In this document: piece by piece, positions 1-8,503 of the stretch
How positions within the stretch are numbered: position 1 is the stretch's first letter
Layout: each line of letters starts with the position of its first letter
Virus record (IMG/VR): IMGVR_UViG_3300025137_000195
Span: 1-28,588 of that record
DNA from: a virus
Taxonomy: Duplodnaviria > Caudoviricetes
Direction: 5' to 3' (one strand)
DNA: 28,588 bases
The notes under the pieces: model-generated
Seen by the model: the letters and a program-made list of their open reading frames with translations, nothing else
What the model was told of the DNA's origin: nothing
Databases searched by the model: none
Program-made: the position numbers and the translations under genes

Positions 1-14
1 TTTAAACTTATCAT
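1..14 (-). CDS. 5' end of a gene running off the window (MISL...)
   Basis: ATG at 14-12 lies 1 nt after the stop of the 101-aa ORF and reads ATG ATA AGT TTA. Only 4 codons are visible. Confidence 0.45.
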
Positions 15-15
15 A

Positions 16-321
16 TTATTTCATTTCAGGGTGAAAAAGGAATTTTATTATCTTAGCATCTTTTGATACTTCTTTACCATCTATTTCTATACCTATAGGA
101 TAAGGTTTAGTTTTATCATCTGCCCAATATGCTACATCGTAACTTTTATCTTCATTGCTAGTTACTAATAGTCCTCTATTGTAGGTATCTTCTTCTGCTT
201 GTAGAACAACCATTTTACCGGTAGGAAGAATCATATCTCCCATTAGTTTAATATCTCCTTCGTTATAACCGTCATCGTTATATCTATTTTCCTCTTTAAG
301 AATAATATCACTTAATTTCAT
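16..321 (-). CDS. hypothetical phage protein, 101 aa, with N-terminal MKLSDIILKEE motif
   Basis: ORF track; ATGA overlap with the upstream gene. The N-terminus resembles that of the 150-aa ORF (MKLNQLRTVIREE). Confidence 0.75.
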   Translation of the reverse strand: MKLSDIILKEENRYNDDGYNEGDIKLMGDMILPTGKMVVLQAEEDTYNRGLLVTSNEDKSYDVAYWADDKTKPYPIGIEIDGKEVSKDAKIIKFLFHPEMK

Positions 322-797
322 ATATCAAAATCTTTTCTATAAAATTTACCAAGTACATTATCGTTTATATAATTACTACGAGTTTCTAGTACTTCATTTA
401 TAAATAGGTACTTACACTCATAATATGTAAGTAATTTTTTATTAGGTACATAACATAAAATAGTTCTTTCGAAATCTGTAGCTTTACTTTCTTTAACTAA
501 TTTTAGTATATCTTTATGAGACCCGTAATAAGTTTTCCAATCAGATTCAGTAATTATCTTTTGTTTAAGAGGAACTCTACCTCCTATGCCTTTTGATTTA
601 CGTTCTTCCCTAAGAGCTTCTAATGCTCTTTTTCCTAGTCTTTTATTACGTTCAAAATAAAGTACTTTTTTACCTAGGTACATTTTACCTGAAGGTTTAT
701 GAACTGTTTTGTATATAAAACCAAATGTACCTTTAGGCATATCTGAAATATTTCCAACTGGTTTGCTTTCATATATCCAATCTGGGATTGATATCAT
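318..797 (-). CDS. GIY-YIG family endonuclease (phage-type, T4 endonuclease II/Seg-like)
   Basis: GFIYK...KMYLGKK bipartite GIY-YIG motif, followed by ESDWKTYYGS, FERTIL, a candidate catalytic E in LTYYE, and YINDNV. Confidence 0.8.
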   Translation of the reverse strand: MISIPDWIYESKPVGNISDMPKGTFGFIYKTVHKPSGKMYLGKKVLYFERNKRLGKRALEALREERKSKGIGGRVPLKQKIITESDWKTYYGSHKDILKLVKESKATDFERTILCYVPNKKLLTYYECKYLFINEVLETRSNYINDNVLGKFYRKDFDI

Positions 798-798
798 A

Positions 799-1677
799 CT
801 ATTGTTTAATTGAATTGATTATCTTTTGGGTATCAAATATATCTTCTAACTTACTGTAAGGGCAAGTAGTTATTTCTTGTGATAAACTAAAAGGTTGGTA
901 TAAGTTATTAGGGAAGTCAACTGAAAGGGTAAATTCGTTAGCCTTAATATTATCGTGCATATCGTATCCAAATATTTCAGGCTGTGTGGTTGACCAGCAG
1001 ACTGTTGATTTGAGGTTATAGGCAGTGGCAAGGTGCATTGCAAATGAGTCTATTAAGAGTCTCTTTTCAGATAATTGTAAGAGTATTGCTATACTTCTAA
1101 AATTATCTAATGCATGTAGAGTATCCGGGTATTTTTTTTGATCATCTCTTTTTATATGAACGATGGTATACTCTTCCTTAAATTCTTCTATAATTGCAGT
1201 TACAACCGGTTCAGGTATGTCTCTAGTCCAAGCATAGTTAAAACCCTGGTTAGATGGACCACCGTTCGGTTGTATAGCTAAAATAGGTTTATCTGTAGAA
1301 TAAAATGGTGTGAAGTAGTCAATTTCTGCTTGAGTAAGGTATATTTGTGGAGACTCTCCGTTGTATACTAAACCAAATTGATTAGCCCAAATTTCTAATA
1401 AGTGTTTTTGACTTAGAATAAAATCTGATTGTGTATAAGGGTCGTTATAGTATAGTTTGCAGGACGATTCTTTTCCTAAAATATTATCTTTATAAAATGA
1501 ACCGTGCTCTCCGTTTTTTATTACCTTATCTGCTAAAGGATTATGTTTAAATACGTCCGGGTATGCACAGACTACTATTATCTCATCTTTAGGGTGGTTA
1601 TTTTTGATTACTTTAAGAAGTGCAGTAGCCATGATATGCTTACCTAGACCTCCATCTATGTGAAATATAACTGTCAT
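799..1677 (-). CDS. glycosyltransferase, GT-B fold, GT9/heptosyltransferase-like
   Basis: N-terminal IDGGLGKHIMATALLK..P...IIVV..YPDVFKHNP, central PQIYLT...PILAIQP, and C-terminal IDSFAMHLATA..K STVCW.T.PE.FGY match the GT9-like pattern. Confidence 0.75.
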   Translation of the reverse strand: MTVIFHIDGGLGKHIMATALLKVIKNNHPKDEIIVVCAYPDVFKHNPLADKVIKNGEHGSFYKDNILGKESSCKLYYNDPYTQSDFILSQKHLLEIWANQFGLVYNGESPQIYLTQAEIDYFTPFYSTDKPILAIQPNGGPSNQGFNYAWTRDIPEPVVTAIIEEFKEEYTIVHIKRDDQKKYPDTLHALDNFRSIAILLQLSEKRLLIDSFAMHLATAYNLKSTVCWSTTQPEIFGYDMHDNIKANEFTLSVDFPNNLYQPFSLSQEITTCPYSKLEDIFDTQKIINSIKQ

Positions 1678-1696
1678 ATAACTTTAATTATCTTTT

Positions 1697-1725
1697 AATA
1701 TAGTAAAAAAACTTTTAAGATGCAA
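1697..1725 (-). promoter_or_regulatory. sigma70-like promoter (TTGCAT-N17-TATATT) upstream of the glycosyltransferase
   Basis: Minus strand reads TTGCAT (1725-1720), a 17-nt spacer, then TATATT (1702-1697). The same architecture occurs at 28063-28091. Confidence 0.55.
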
Positions 1726-2052
1726 CTACTCCCAAGGAGTTCCGCTTTTTTCGGTAATAGTTAATTTATATGCTACATTAGCTGCTATTGAAGCTGAGTT
1801 AGCTGTTTCTATATCGGTCTTTCCTATGCTACCGGTTATCCACCCTAAAACTAAAGGTTGAGTAAGATTAGCGTAATCTACAAAATCTGCATCTGATGGT
1901 GATTTAGCAGCTAAGTAGTAATCTCCTACAGTTCTAGACGATACATACCCGTTTGAACTAGAGTACTCTGTATTACAGGAATAAGAAGCCGTAGTAATCA
2001 GTCCGCTACTTATTTCTGTTTTTAAATCGTGTATTTTCCAAAAATTTTCCAT
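1726..2052 (-). CDS. small tail-fibre-associated protein (possible fibre assembly chaperone), 108 aa
   Basis: WKI..L N-terminus, FVDYANLT..LVLGWI and terminal PW motif resemble small proteins often found after phage fibre genes. It sits directly after the fibre cluster. Confidence 0.55.
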   Translation of the reverse strand: MENFWKIHDLKTEISSGLITTASYSCNTEYSSSNGYVSSRTVGDYYLAAKSPSDADFVDYANLTQPLVLGWITGSIGKTDIETANSASIAANVAYKLTITEKSGTPWE

Positions 2053-2074
2053 TTTATCTCTTTAAGTAATTAGT

Positions 2075-3796
2075 TTAAAATAATGCGTTCCAAGTAGTCC
2101 CGTTATAGTAGTACAGTTTATTAGTAGTTGCAGATCCTGATGCGATGATCATTCCTCTTTGTGGTGTTGGTGCTGTTGTTCTGACAGCTAGTTTAAGTAT
2201 TGCATCTGCTGTTGCTGATCCGGTAACTATTAAATTCTGTACGTAAGTTGTAGAAGTACCTATTGATTGCCCAGTTCCAACATTTATTCCACTTCCTAAT
2301 ACTAAAGCTGTCGCAGCTCCTGCACATATTTTATTATTGATACCTGCTATAAAAGAATTTCCACTTCCTGATATAGTATTTGTATGTCCTCCAGCAATGG
2401 TACTAGAATCGTTAGGTCCGTAAATTTTATTATTATAACCTCCCCCTATCGCACTTAAGGTTTGAGAACTATCATTTTTGCATCCTCCGGCTATTACACT
2501 ATGTGCGCCAGAGCCTGTGTTAAACTGACCAGCTCCTATAAATATTGAATTTCCATTTAGTGTATTACTTGCTCCTCCTCCTAAGAAACTATGATCACCG
2601 CTAAGAGTATTCTTACATCCTCCAACGATAGCTGAGAAGTAATCATTTGCTCCAAAGGTAATATTATTAGATTCACCGCCTCCGATAAAACTATAATATT
2701 GACATGCATGATTTAAATTACCTCCAACAACAGTGGCATACACCTCCATTGCTTTGTTATTTCTACCTGCTCCTATAAATTGAAATCCACTATTAGCTGA
2801 TCCTGCTGAACCTGATACGCAGTTATTACATCCTGCAACGATTGCTGCAAAACAGTCAGTTCCTAACATAATATGGTTAGATTGTCCACCTCCTATAAAT
2901 GTATAAGGAGACTCTGTACAGTTTGCGTTACCGCCAACTATTGATGAGTAGCTCCCAGATATTTCATTTGCATCACCACCTACTATTGAGGATCTACAAA
3001 CTGTGGAAGATATATCATTTTTACATCCGCCAACTACTACCCCGTAACAGGCATTATTATTGTTACAAAATCCTCCACCTACAAAAGATAAACATCCGCA
3101 AGCATCGTTTTGTCCTCCACCTACTAGTACGGCACCACCGTGTCCGAGAGTGTTAAGTTGACCGCCTCCTATAAAGCCAAATCCAGCACCATTTGGTGAT
3201 ATGATTATTTCATTAGACTGGCCGCCAGCAATTACTCCTAATGTTTCTGAGATTTTATTGTTGCATCCTCCTCCGATAAATCCGCAATTTCCTGCGGTTG
3301 TACCTGTAATCGAGTTCTTATACCCTCCTACTATTGTTGAACATTGTGCTGAACTACTGTTAAATTTACCTCCTACTACTACAGATGCTGCTGCATAAGC
3401 TAAGTTAGAACAACCAGCGCCTATAAAAGCCCAATCGCCACTACTTGATACTATATTATTTTGTCCTGCTACAATGGTTGCAAAGCAAGCCCCAGACTTT
3501 ATAGTATTAGTTCGACCTGCACCAATAAAAGATTCAGCAGTTTCTATTGTATTAAAACTACCCCCAGCAATTGTACTACAATCGGAAACTGAACTAAATA
3601 TTGATTGACTTACTCCTCCAAGAATGCTGGAAAAATTTCCTACATTTCTAAAAGATCCTGTTACAGGGATTATATTATCTCCTGTTGATCCGCTGATATA
3701 TACTTGATGCTGTTCACCTAATGTTGAACCAGATATTATAAATGATCCGCTTACTATTAATGAGCCGCTTACTGATAAATTTCCTACTGTTGGCAT
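2075..3796 (-). CDS. tail fibre/adhesin with ~15-aa beta-roll repeats (xxIxGGxxN), Cys-rich, 573 aa
   Basis: More than 20 tandem repeats such as STIAGGSFN, SFIGAGRTN, GFIGGGCNN; C-terminal KLYYYNGTTW motif; located in the fibre cluster. Confidence 0.8.
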   Translation of the reverse strand: MPTVGNLSVSGSLIVSGSFIISGSTLGEQHQVYISGSTGDNIIPVTGSFRNVGNFSSILGGVSQSIFSSVSDCSTIAGGSFNTIETAESFIGAGRTNTIKSGACFATIVAGQNNIVSSSGDWAFIGAGCSNLAYAAASVVVGGKFNSSSAQCSTIVGGYKNSITGTTAGNCGFIGGGCNNKISETLGVIAGGQSNEIIISPNGAGFGFIGGGQLNTLGHGGAVLVGGGQNDACGCLSFVGGGFCNNNNACYGVVVGGCKNDISSTVCRSSIVGGDANEISGSYSSIVGGNANCTESPYTFIGGGQSNHIMLGTDCFAAIVAGCNNCVSGSAGSANSGFQFIGAGRNNKAMEVYATVVGGNLNHACQYYSFIGGGESNNITFGANDYFSAIVGGCKNTLSGDHSFLGGGASNTLNGNSIFIGAGQFNTGSGAHSVIAGGCKNDSSQTLSAIGGGYNNKIYGPNDSSTIAGGHTNTISGSGNSFIAGINNKICAGAATALVLGSGINVGTGQSIGTSTTYVQNLIVTGSATADAILKLAVRTTAPTPQRGMIIASGSATTNKLYYYNGTTWNALF

Positions 3797-3803
3797 ATTC
3801 TTA

Positions 3804-6017
3804 TTATGTTAGTCTTATTGCTATAAAGTTCCCACTTCTATATAACCCTCCTAGCGGTACTCCACCAGCTGCTGCTGCTGTATCGTCATTGAAATTTAAT
3901 GACTGTGATACTTGAGCTAATATGGTATGTCCGTTTTGAACTGTTACTGCTGTTCCTGTAGCTGCACTTTGTGATACTATTAATGAGCCTGATATTCTTG
4001 CAATACCTGCATATGGAAATCCTGCTCCCGATATTCCAGTTAATCCAGATCCATCACCAACAAAAGAACCACTAGCTTGGGCAACTTTTAAACAGCTATT
4101 AATAGTTACACAATTTTCACCGAAATCTCCTTTTATAAGGGGGACAGGTGAAGCTCCAATTCCTATATATAGTTGACAGGATTCTGTTGATGCAGCGCTA
4201 TTACCTGCTTGACAACCTATATAAATATTCTTTTTTGAATCACCTTCTGCATTATGACCAGCTTCGTACCCTAATGCTGTATTACCGTCCCCGGTTATTG
4301 ATGAGTTGAAACTAACACCCTGTAGGGCTGCCTGCCCTACAACTGTATTTTGCTTTCCTCCATTTCCGTATTGATAAGCTTGTGAACCTATAACTGTATT
4401 CTGTCTACCTGATTCTGTACAAAATCCTGCACGGTGCCCAATAAAAACACCATCATTATCAGAATACTTATAAGCTGCGTTATGTCCTAATACTGTATTT
4501 TGTGTTCCTGTGTTTAGCCTTAAAGTACCATGTCCTACTGTTACATTGTTAGCCCCTTGGATATTACATTTTAAGGTCTCATTTCCAATAGCTACATTAT
4601 CACTGTGGGTATAACTTTGACCGAATTCGAACCCTAAGTAGGAGCAAAGTGATTCTCTTCCTATTGCGATGTTGTTACGAGACTTGATACTTGAACGCAA
4701 TGCGCAAACTCCGATAGCTAAATTATAAGAACCAGAAGTTGCATTTTCTGCAGCTTGGTAACCTATCGCTATAGAACACCTAGTAGTACATGTACTGTTA
4801 GGAAGAGCATTATACCCTATACCTATATCTCTAATACCGTCTCTATTAGAAATTTTAATATTTTCATCTATTGTGGTATCTCCCTGTAGAAGGACTGTTG
4901 TATCAGAACCTGATACTATTAAGGAGCCTGTCACTCTTGCTATCCCTACGAAAGGAAATGCTGTTCCAGGTAAGTTAGTTAAATTAGATCCATCTCCTAC
5001 GTAAGAACCGCTAAATATAGATGCAGATACTATTGAATTGATAGTTAAATGACCAGTAGATAGATTACCTCTTAATAAAGGTGTTTCTCCTGATCCTGAT
5101 CCTATATAAAGTTGATGGGATTGTATTGTTTTAATTGAAGGTCCGACAGATGCTCCTACATATATGTTCCCAGTTGAGCTACCGCAAGTATTCATACCTG
5201 CATGATAACCTATACCCGTATTGGCATTTCCTTGATCTACTTCTCTCAAAACTTTAGAACCTACTGCAACTGAGAGAGACTGCCTACAGCACCCTGTGAC
5301 ATTCCCTACGAATACAGATTCTACTGCTGTTGAGTTACTCTTTGCCGATTGGTACCCTATAGCAACATTAAAATTACCTGTAGCTGCTTCTAATGCAGTA
5401 TGTCCTATAGCGACTGATCCTGTTGATAAAAGAGCATTTAAAGATGCGTTTTTACCTATACCTATATTATGAGTACCTAAAGTTAGTTTATTTAGTGAAC
5501 AAGTACCAATTGCAATGTTACTAGTATCGCAGTTATTTCCTGTTATAGGACCTGTATTATTTTTTAATGCATCTAAACCTATAGCTACATTATTCATAGT
5601 TTTCACACCTAATGTACCTGCTCTATACCCTATTAGGACGTTTGAAGAACCTGATACTTGAGATTTTCCTGATTCAAACCCTACTGCTATAGTTTGTCTA
5701 TCATATGTTTGAGTAGTTTCCGGCAATCCATCGTGTCCGATTGCTATATTCTTTAAATCTCCTCTATTTGATATAGCTATGTTTTGATCTATTACTACAT
5801 CACCGTTTAAATCAGATATTCCGTCAACTCTAAGAATTGCACTGGATCCAGATACTATTAACGATCCTGTTATTGATGCATCTCCATTTCTAGAACCATC
5901 CCATTCAGCTGCTGCTGTAATACCGGTTAAACCGGCACCACTACCGAAAAATCCTATAGAAGAAGATACACTCCCTGTTATTATAAGATTATTTTGAAAT
6001 ACATGTTCGTTAGCCAT
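3804..6017 (-). CDS. tail fibre with YadA-head-like (trimeric autotransporter) repeats, 737 aa
   Basis: Two blocks of ~14-aa N[IV]AIGxxAL repeats, each ending in LYIG...PL[LI][RK]G; GDGSxLTG linkers; C-terminal DDTAAAAGGVPLGGLYRSG motif. Confidence 0.8.
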   Translation of the reverse strand: MANEHVFQNNLIITGSVSSSIGFFGSGAGLTGITAAAEWDGSRNGDASITGSLIVSGSSAILRVDGISDLNGDVVIDQNIAISNRGDLKNIAIGHDGLPETTQTYDRQTIAVGFESGKSQVSGSSNVLIGYRAGTLGVKTMNNVAIGLDALKNNTGPITGNNCDTSNIAIGTCSLNKLTLGTHNIGIGKNASLNALLSTGSVAIGHTALEAATGNFNVAIGYQSAKSNSTAVESVFVGNVTGCCRQSLSVAVGSKVLREVDQGNANTGIGYHAGMNTCGSSTGNIYVGASVGPSIKTIQSHQLYIGSGSGETPLLRGNLSTGHLTINSIVSASIFSGSYVGDGSNLTNLPGTAFPFVGIARVTGSLIVSGSDTTVLLQGDTTIDENIKISNRDGIRDIGIGYNALPNSTCTTRCSIAIGYQAAENATSGSYNLAIGVCALRSSIKSRNNIAIGRESLCSYLGFEFGQSYTHSDNVAIGNETLKCNIQGANNVTVGHGTLRLNTGTQNTVLGHNAAYKYSDNDGVFIGHRAGFCTESGRQNTVIGSQAYQYGNGGKQNTVVGQAALQGVSFNSSITGDGNTALGYEAGHNAEGDSKKNIYIGCQAGNSAASTESCQLYIGIGASPVPLIKGDFGENCVTINSCLKVAQASGSFVGDGSGLTGISGAGFPYAGIARISGSLIVSQSAATGTAVTVQNGHTILAQVSQSLNFNDDTAAAAGGVPLGGLYRSGNFIAIRLT

Positions 6018-7677
6018 ATCTATATTTTATTTACACTTGTCTTTTAAATGCTGTTATTATCATATTTAAATCGTAACTTCCTGCCGCTGCATTTAATTTT
6101 AATATAGCACTGTTAGTGGATGAAGCATCTATTGAAAAAGCTGTTGCTGAAATTGCTCCAGGTGCTTCTGTATGTGAATCATTAATAGTCGAATTACCTG
6201 ATCTATCCCAACCCCCTAATAATGTTCCTACTTTCTTTTGATTTTCTGCTGCATCTGTTAGAACGTAATCTGCTTTTAATCCTGTATACCCTGTTGTTGC
6301 GTTGATTGCAAAAGATAGTACGGTTATATTTCCTGCTAAACTACTTGAGTTAAAGTTTATTAATTCTACACCTCTACCTCCTGGGTAGTTTGTAGATGCT
6401 AAAGTAATAGTGTTTGAAACATCTAATGCTCCAGATACAATTAATGATCCGGTAATGTTTGAATTACCATTTCTAGAACCGTCCCATTCGCTGGTTACTC
6501 CTGTTAAACCAGCTCCATTGCCTATAAAAGAACCAGAAAATAACGATCCTGACACTACATCTACATCTGTAAGATTTACTACTGTACCTAAAGAACCTGA
6601 TACTGTAAATGATCCGGTAATGTTTGCATTTCCATTTCTAGTTCCGTCCCACTCTACTCCTGTTAATGCAGAACCATCACCTACGTGAGAACCACTTAAA
6701 ATAGAAGCAGAAACTATATTATTTATAGTAAGATGTTTTGTATTAAAATCACCAAATATTAGTGGTTTATCTCCAGGGGCGTTACCAATATACAGTTTAC
6801 ACATAGCTGTAGCACCGGTTGTGGCTGGTCCTGCTTTATATCCTATGAACACACTACAACGTGCTTCACTTACGGTACCTCCTGCATAAGCACCTATAGC
6901 TGTATTGTTAGAACTTTCAGTACCGTTTATATTAGAAGCACCATTGAAACTTAATGCTCGATAGCCTACTGCTGCATTTTTACCACCTAGTACAAGATTT
7001 TGAAGAGCCATGGTTCCTACTCCTGTATTTTGCATTGCATTTAATATCTGTTCTCCTGCTTTATATCCTACTAAGGTGGTATATGCAGCGGAGTTAGTTT
7101 GTGAACCACCAGTACCATGGTTACTCAGGGTATTAAATCCTAGAGTGACATTACCCATACTTGTTAAATACCTTCCAGCGTTATGCCCTATTATTAAATT
7201 ACAACGAGAATTATTTTGTAACGTATTAAGACCTATAGCTATGTTATGCTTATGAGTAGTAATCCCGCAACCGGCTCTATAACCGATAGCTATATTTCCT
7301 TGGGTTGAAGCAACTTGGTTTTTTAAAGAATCTTGTCCTATTGCTAGAGCTGTGAAATGACCTCTATTAGATATCTGGATGCATTTATCTATAGTAACCA
7401 TACTACAAACATTTAAAGGTCCTTGTACTAATGCAGACCCTGATAGGGTTGTTGAATCCTCTACGTATAAACTTCCTGATATTATTGCTGAGCCTGTATA
7501 TGGAAAGGTGTTAGCTTGAACTCCTGTTAGATTACTCCCGTCTCCGGTAAATGAACCTGAAAATAAAGAGCCAGAAATTACTGTTACTTTTGTAAAATCT
7601 ACTACTGTAGGTGTAGAACCTGATACTGTAAATGAGCCGGTAATATTTGCATTACCGTTTCTAGAGCCATCCCATTC
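5845..7677 (-). repeat. four dispersed ~60-bp repeats encoding EWDG[ST]RNG[ND][AS][NS]ITGS[FL][TI]VSG
   Basis: Copies at ~5845-5906 (737-aa gene) and ~6431-6489, ~6593-6654, ~7616-7677 (812-aa gene), visible at both DNA and protein level. Confidence 0.85.
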
Positions 7678-8469
7678 TGCTGTAGCTGTTATACCTGTAA
7701 GTTGTGAACCGTCTCCTATATGGGATCCACTAAAGAACGAAGCTGATACAGTCGAATTTATAGTTACGTGCCCTGTTGAAAAATCTCCTAATATTAGAGG
7801 AGTATCTGAGTTACTGTTGTTTATGTAAAGTTTATTACTTTTAGTTGCTGCTGAAGCTGGACCTGCTTTGAATCCAATTGTTACGTTACCGTTACCTGAA
7901 GATATTAATACTCCTGAGCAAGCTCCTATGGATGTATTTTGATTTCCAGAAGTTAATATACCTAACGCACTATCTCCTATAGCAGTATTTTCTGTAGAAG
8001 CAACTGCTGCGACTAAGCCATACCTTCCAAACACTGCGTTAGCATTCCCGGTCAAAGCTTTTGCAGCTTCACATCCTACTATTGTATTACGACAGCTAGT
8101 AAGATTTCCTGCTAAAGAACCTATTCTTAAGTTACTACAACTATCTATTATATCAAATGTACCATTTACATCTAATATGCATGAACTACCATCAAAAGTA
8201 AAATTTGTTTCTCCCTGTATTAATCCTACGGTATCTGTTCCTGTTATTACTCTATTATTTGCGTTTCCTTGTATAGATACACCTCCGGACCCGGCATTTA
8301 ACGGTATAATATACTTATCGTTATCAGCTGTATCAAAATGTAAATGTAGATTACTTCCTCCATCATGTAGTGAACTAGAATAGAACAACGACCTAAAGTT
8401 GTTGTTCATCTGTGTATGAGTTAACGGGCTACCTCCTGTTACTCTATATGTTAATCCCGGTATTGCCAT
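6031..8469 (-). CDS. tail fibre with YadA-head-like repeats, 812 aa
   Basis: N-terminal R..GSPLTHTQMNNNF anchor motif shared with the 552-aa gene; NTAIGxxAL repeat blocks; three EWDGxRNG modules. Confidence 0.8.
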   Translation of the reverse strand: MAIPGLTYRVTGGSPLTHTQMNNNFRSLFYSSSLHDGGSNLHLHFDTADNDKYIIPLNAGSGGVSIQGNANNRVITGTDTVGLIQGETNFTFDGSSCILDVNGTFDIIDSCSNLRIGSLAGNLTSCRNTIVGCEAAKALTGNANAVFGRYGLVAAVASTENTAIGDSALGILTSGNQNTSIGACSGVLISSGNGNVTIGFKAGPASAATKSNKLYINNSNSDTPLILGDFSTGHVTINSTVSASFFSGSHIGDGSQLTGITATAEWDGSRNGNANITGSFTVSGSTPTVVDFTKVTVISGSLFSGSFTGDGSNLTGVQANTFPYTGSAIISGSLYVEDSTTLSGSALVQGPLNVCSMVTIDKCIQISNRGHFTALAIGQDSLKNQVASTQGNIAIGYRAGCGITTHKHNIAIGLNTLQNNSRCNLIIGHNAGRYLTSMGNVTLGFNTLSNHGTGGSQTNSAAYTTLVGYKAGEQILNAMQNTGVGTMALQNLVLGGKNAAVGYRALSFNGASNINGTESSNNTAIGAYAGGTVSEARCSVFIGYKAGPATTGATAMCKLYIGNAPGDKPLIFGDFNTKHLTINNIVSASILSGSHVGDGSALTGVEWDGTRNGNANITGSFTVSGSLGTVVNLTDVDVVSGSLFSGSFIGNGAGLTGVTSEWDGSRNGNSNITGSLIVSGALDVSNTITLASTNYPGGRGVELINFNSSSLAGNITVLSFAINATTGYTGLKADYVLTDAAENQKKVGTLLGGWDRSGNSTINDSHTEAPGAISATAFSIDASSTNSAILKLNAAAGSYDLNMIITAFKRQV

Positions 8470-8482
8470 TTTATATCTTTAT

Positions 8483-8490
8483 TATAAATA
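8483..8490 (-). promoter_or_regulatory. putative late promoter TATTTATA
   Basis: GATATTTATAATAAA lies in the short intergenic gap just upstream of the ATG at 8469. The motif recurs in other intergenic gaps. Confidence 0.6.
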
Positions 8491-8503
8491 TCTTTTTTTA
8501 TTC

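Noticed and set aside
318-797. GIY-YIG gene as the homing endonuclease of the ribozyme
   Set aside because: It lies more than 9 kb away, lacks an obvious C-terminal DNA-binding extension and looks like a stand-alone phage nuclease. Nothing in the sequence links the two.
2075-8469. CRISPR array or diversity-generating retroelement repeats in the fibre region
   Set aside because: The repeats are degenerate coding repeats varying mostly at synonymous positions. There is no repeat-spacer periodicity, no adenine-specific template/variable pair and no reverse transcriptase in the window.
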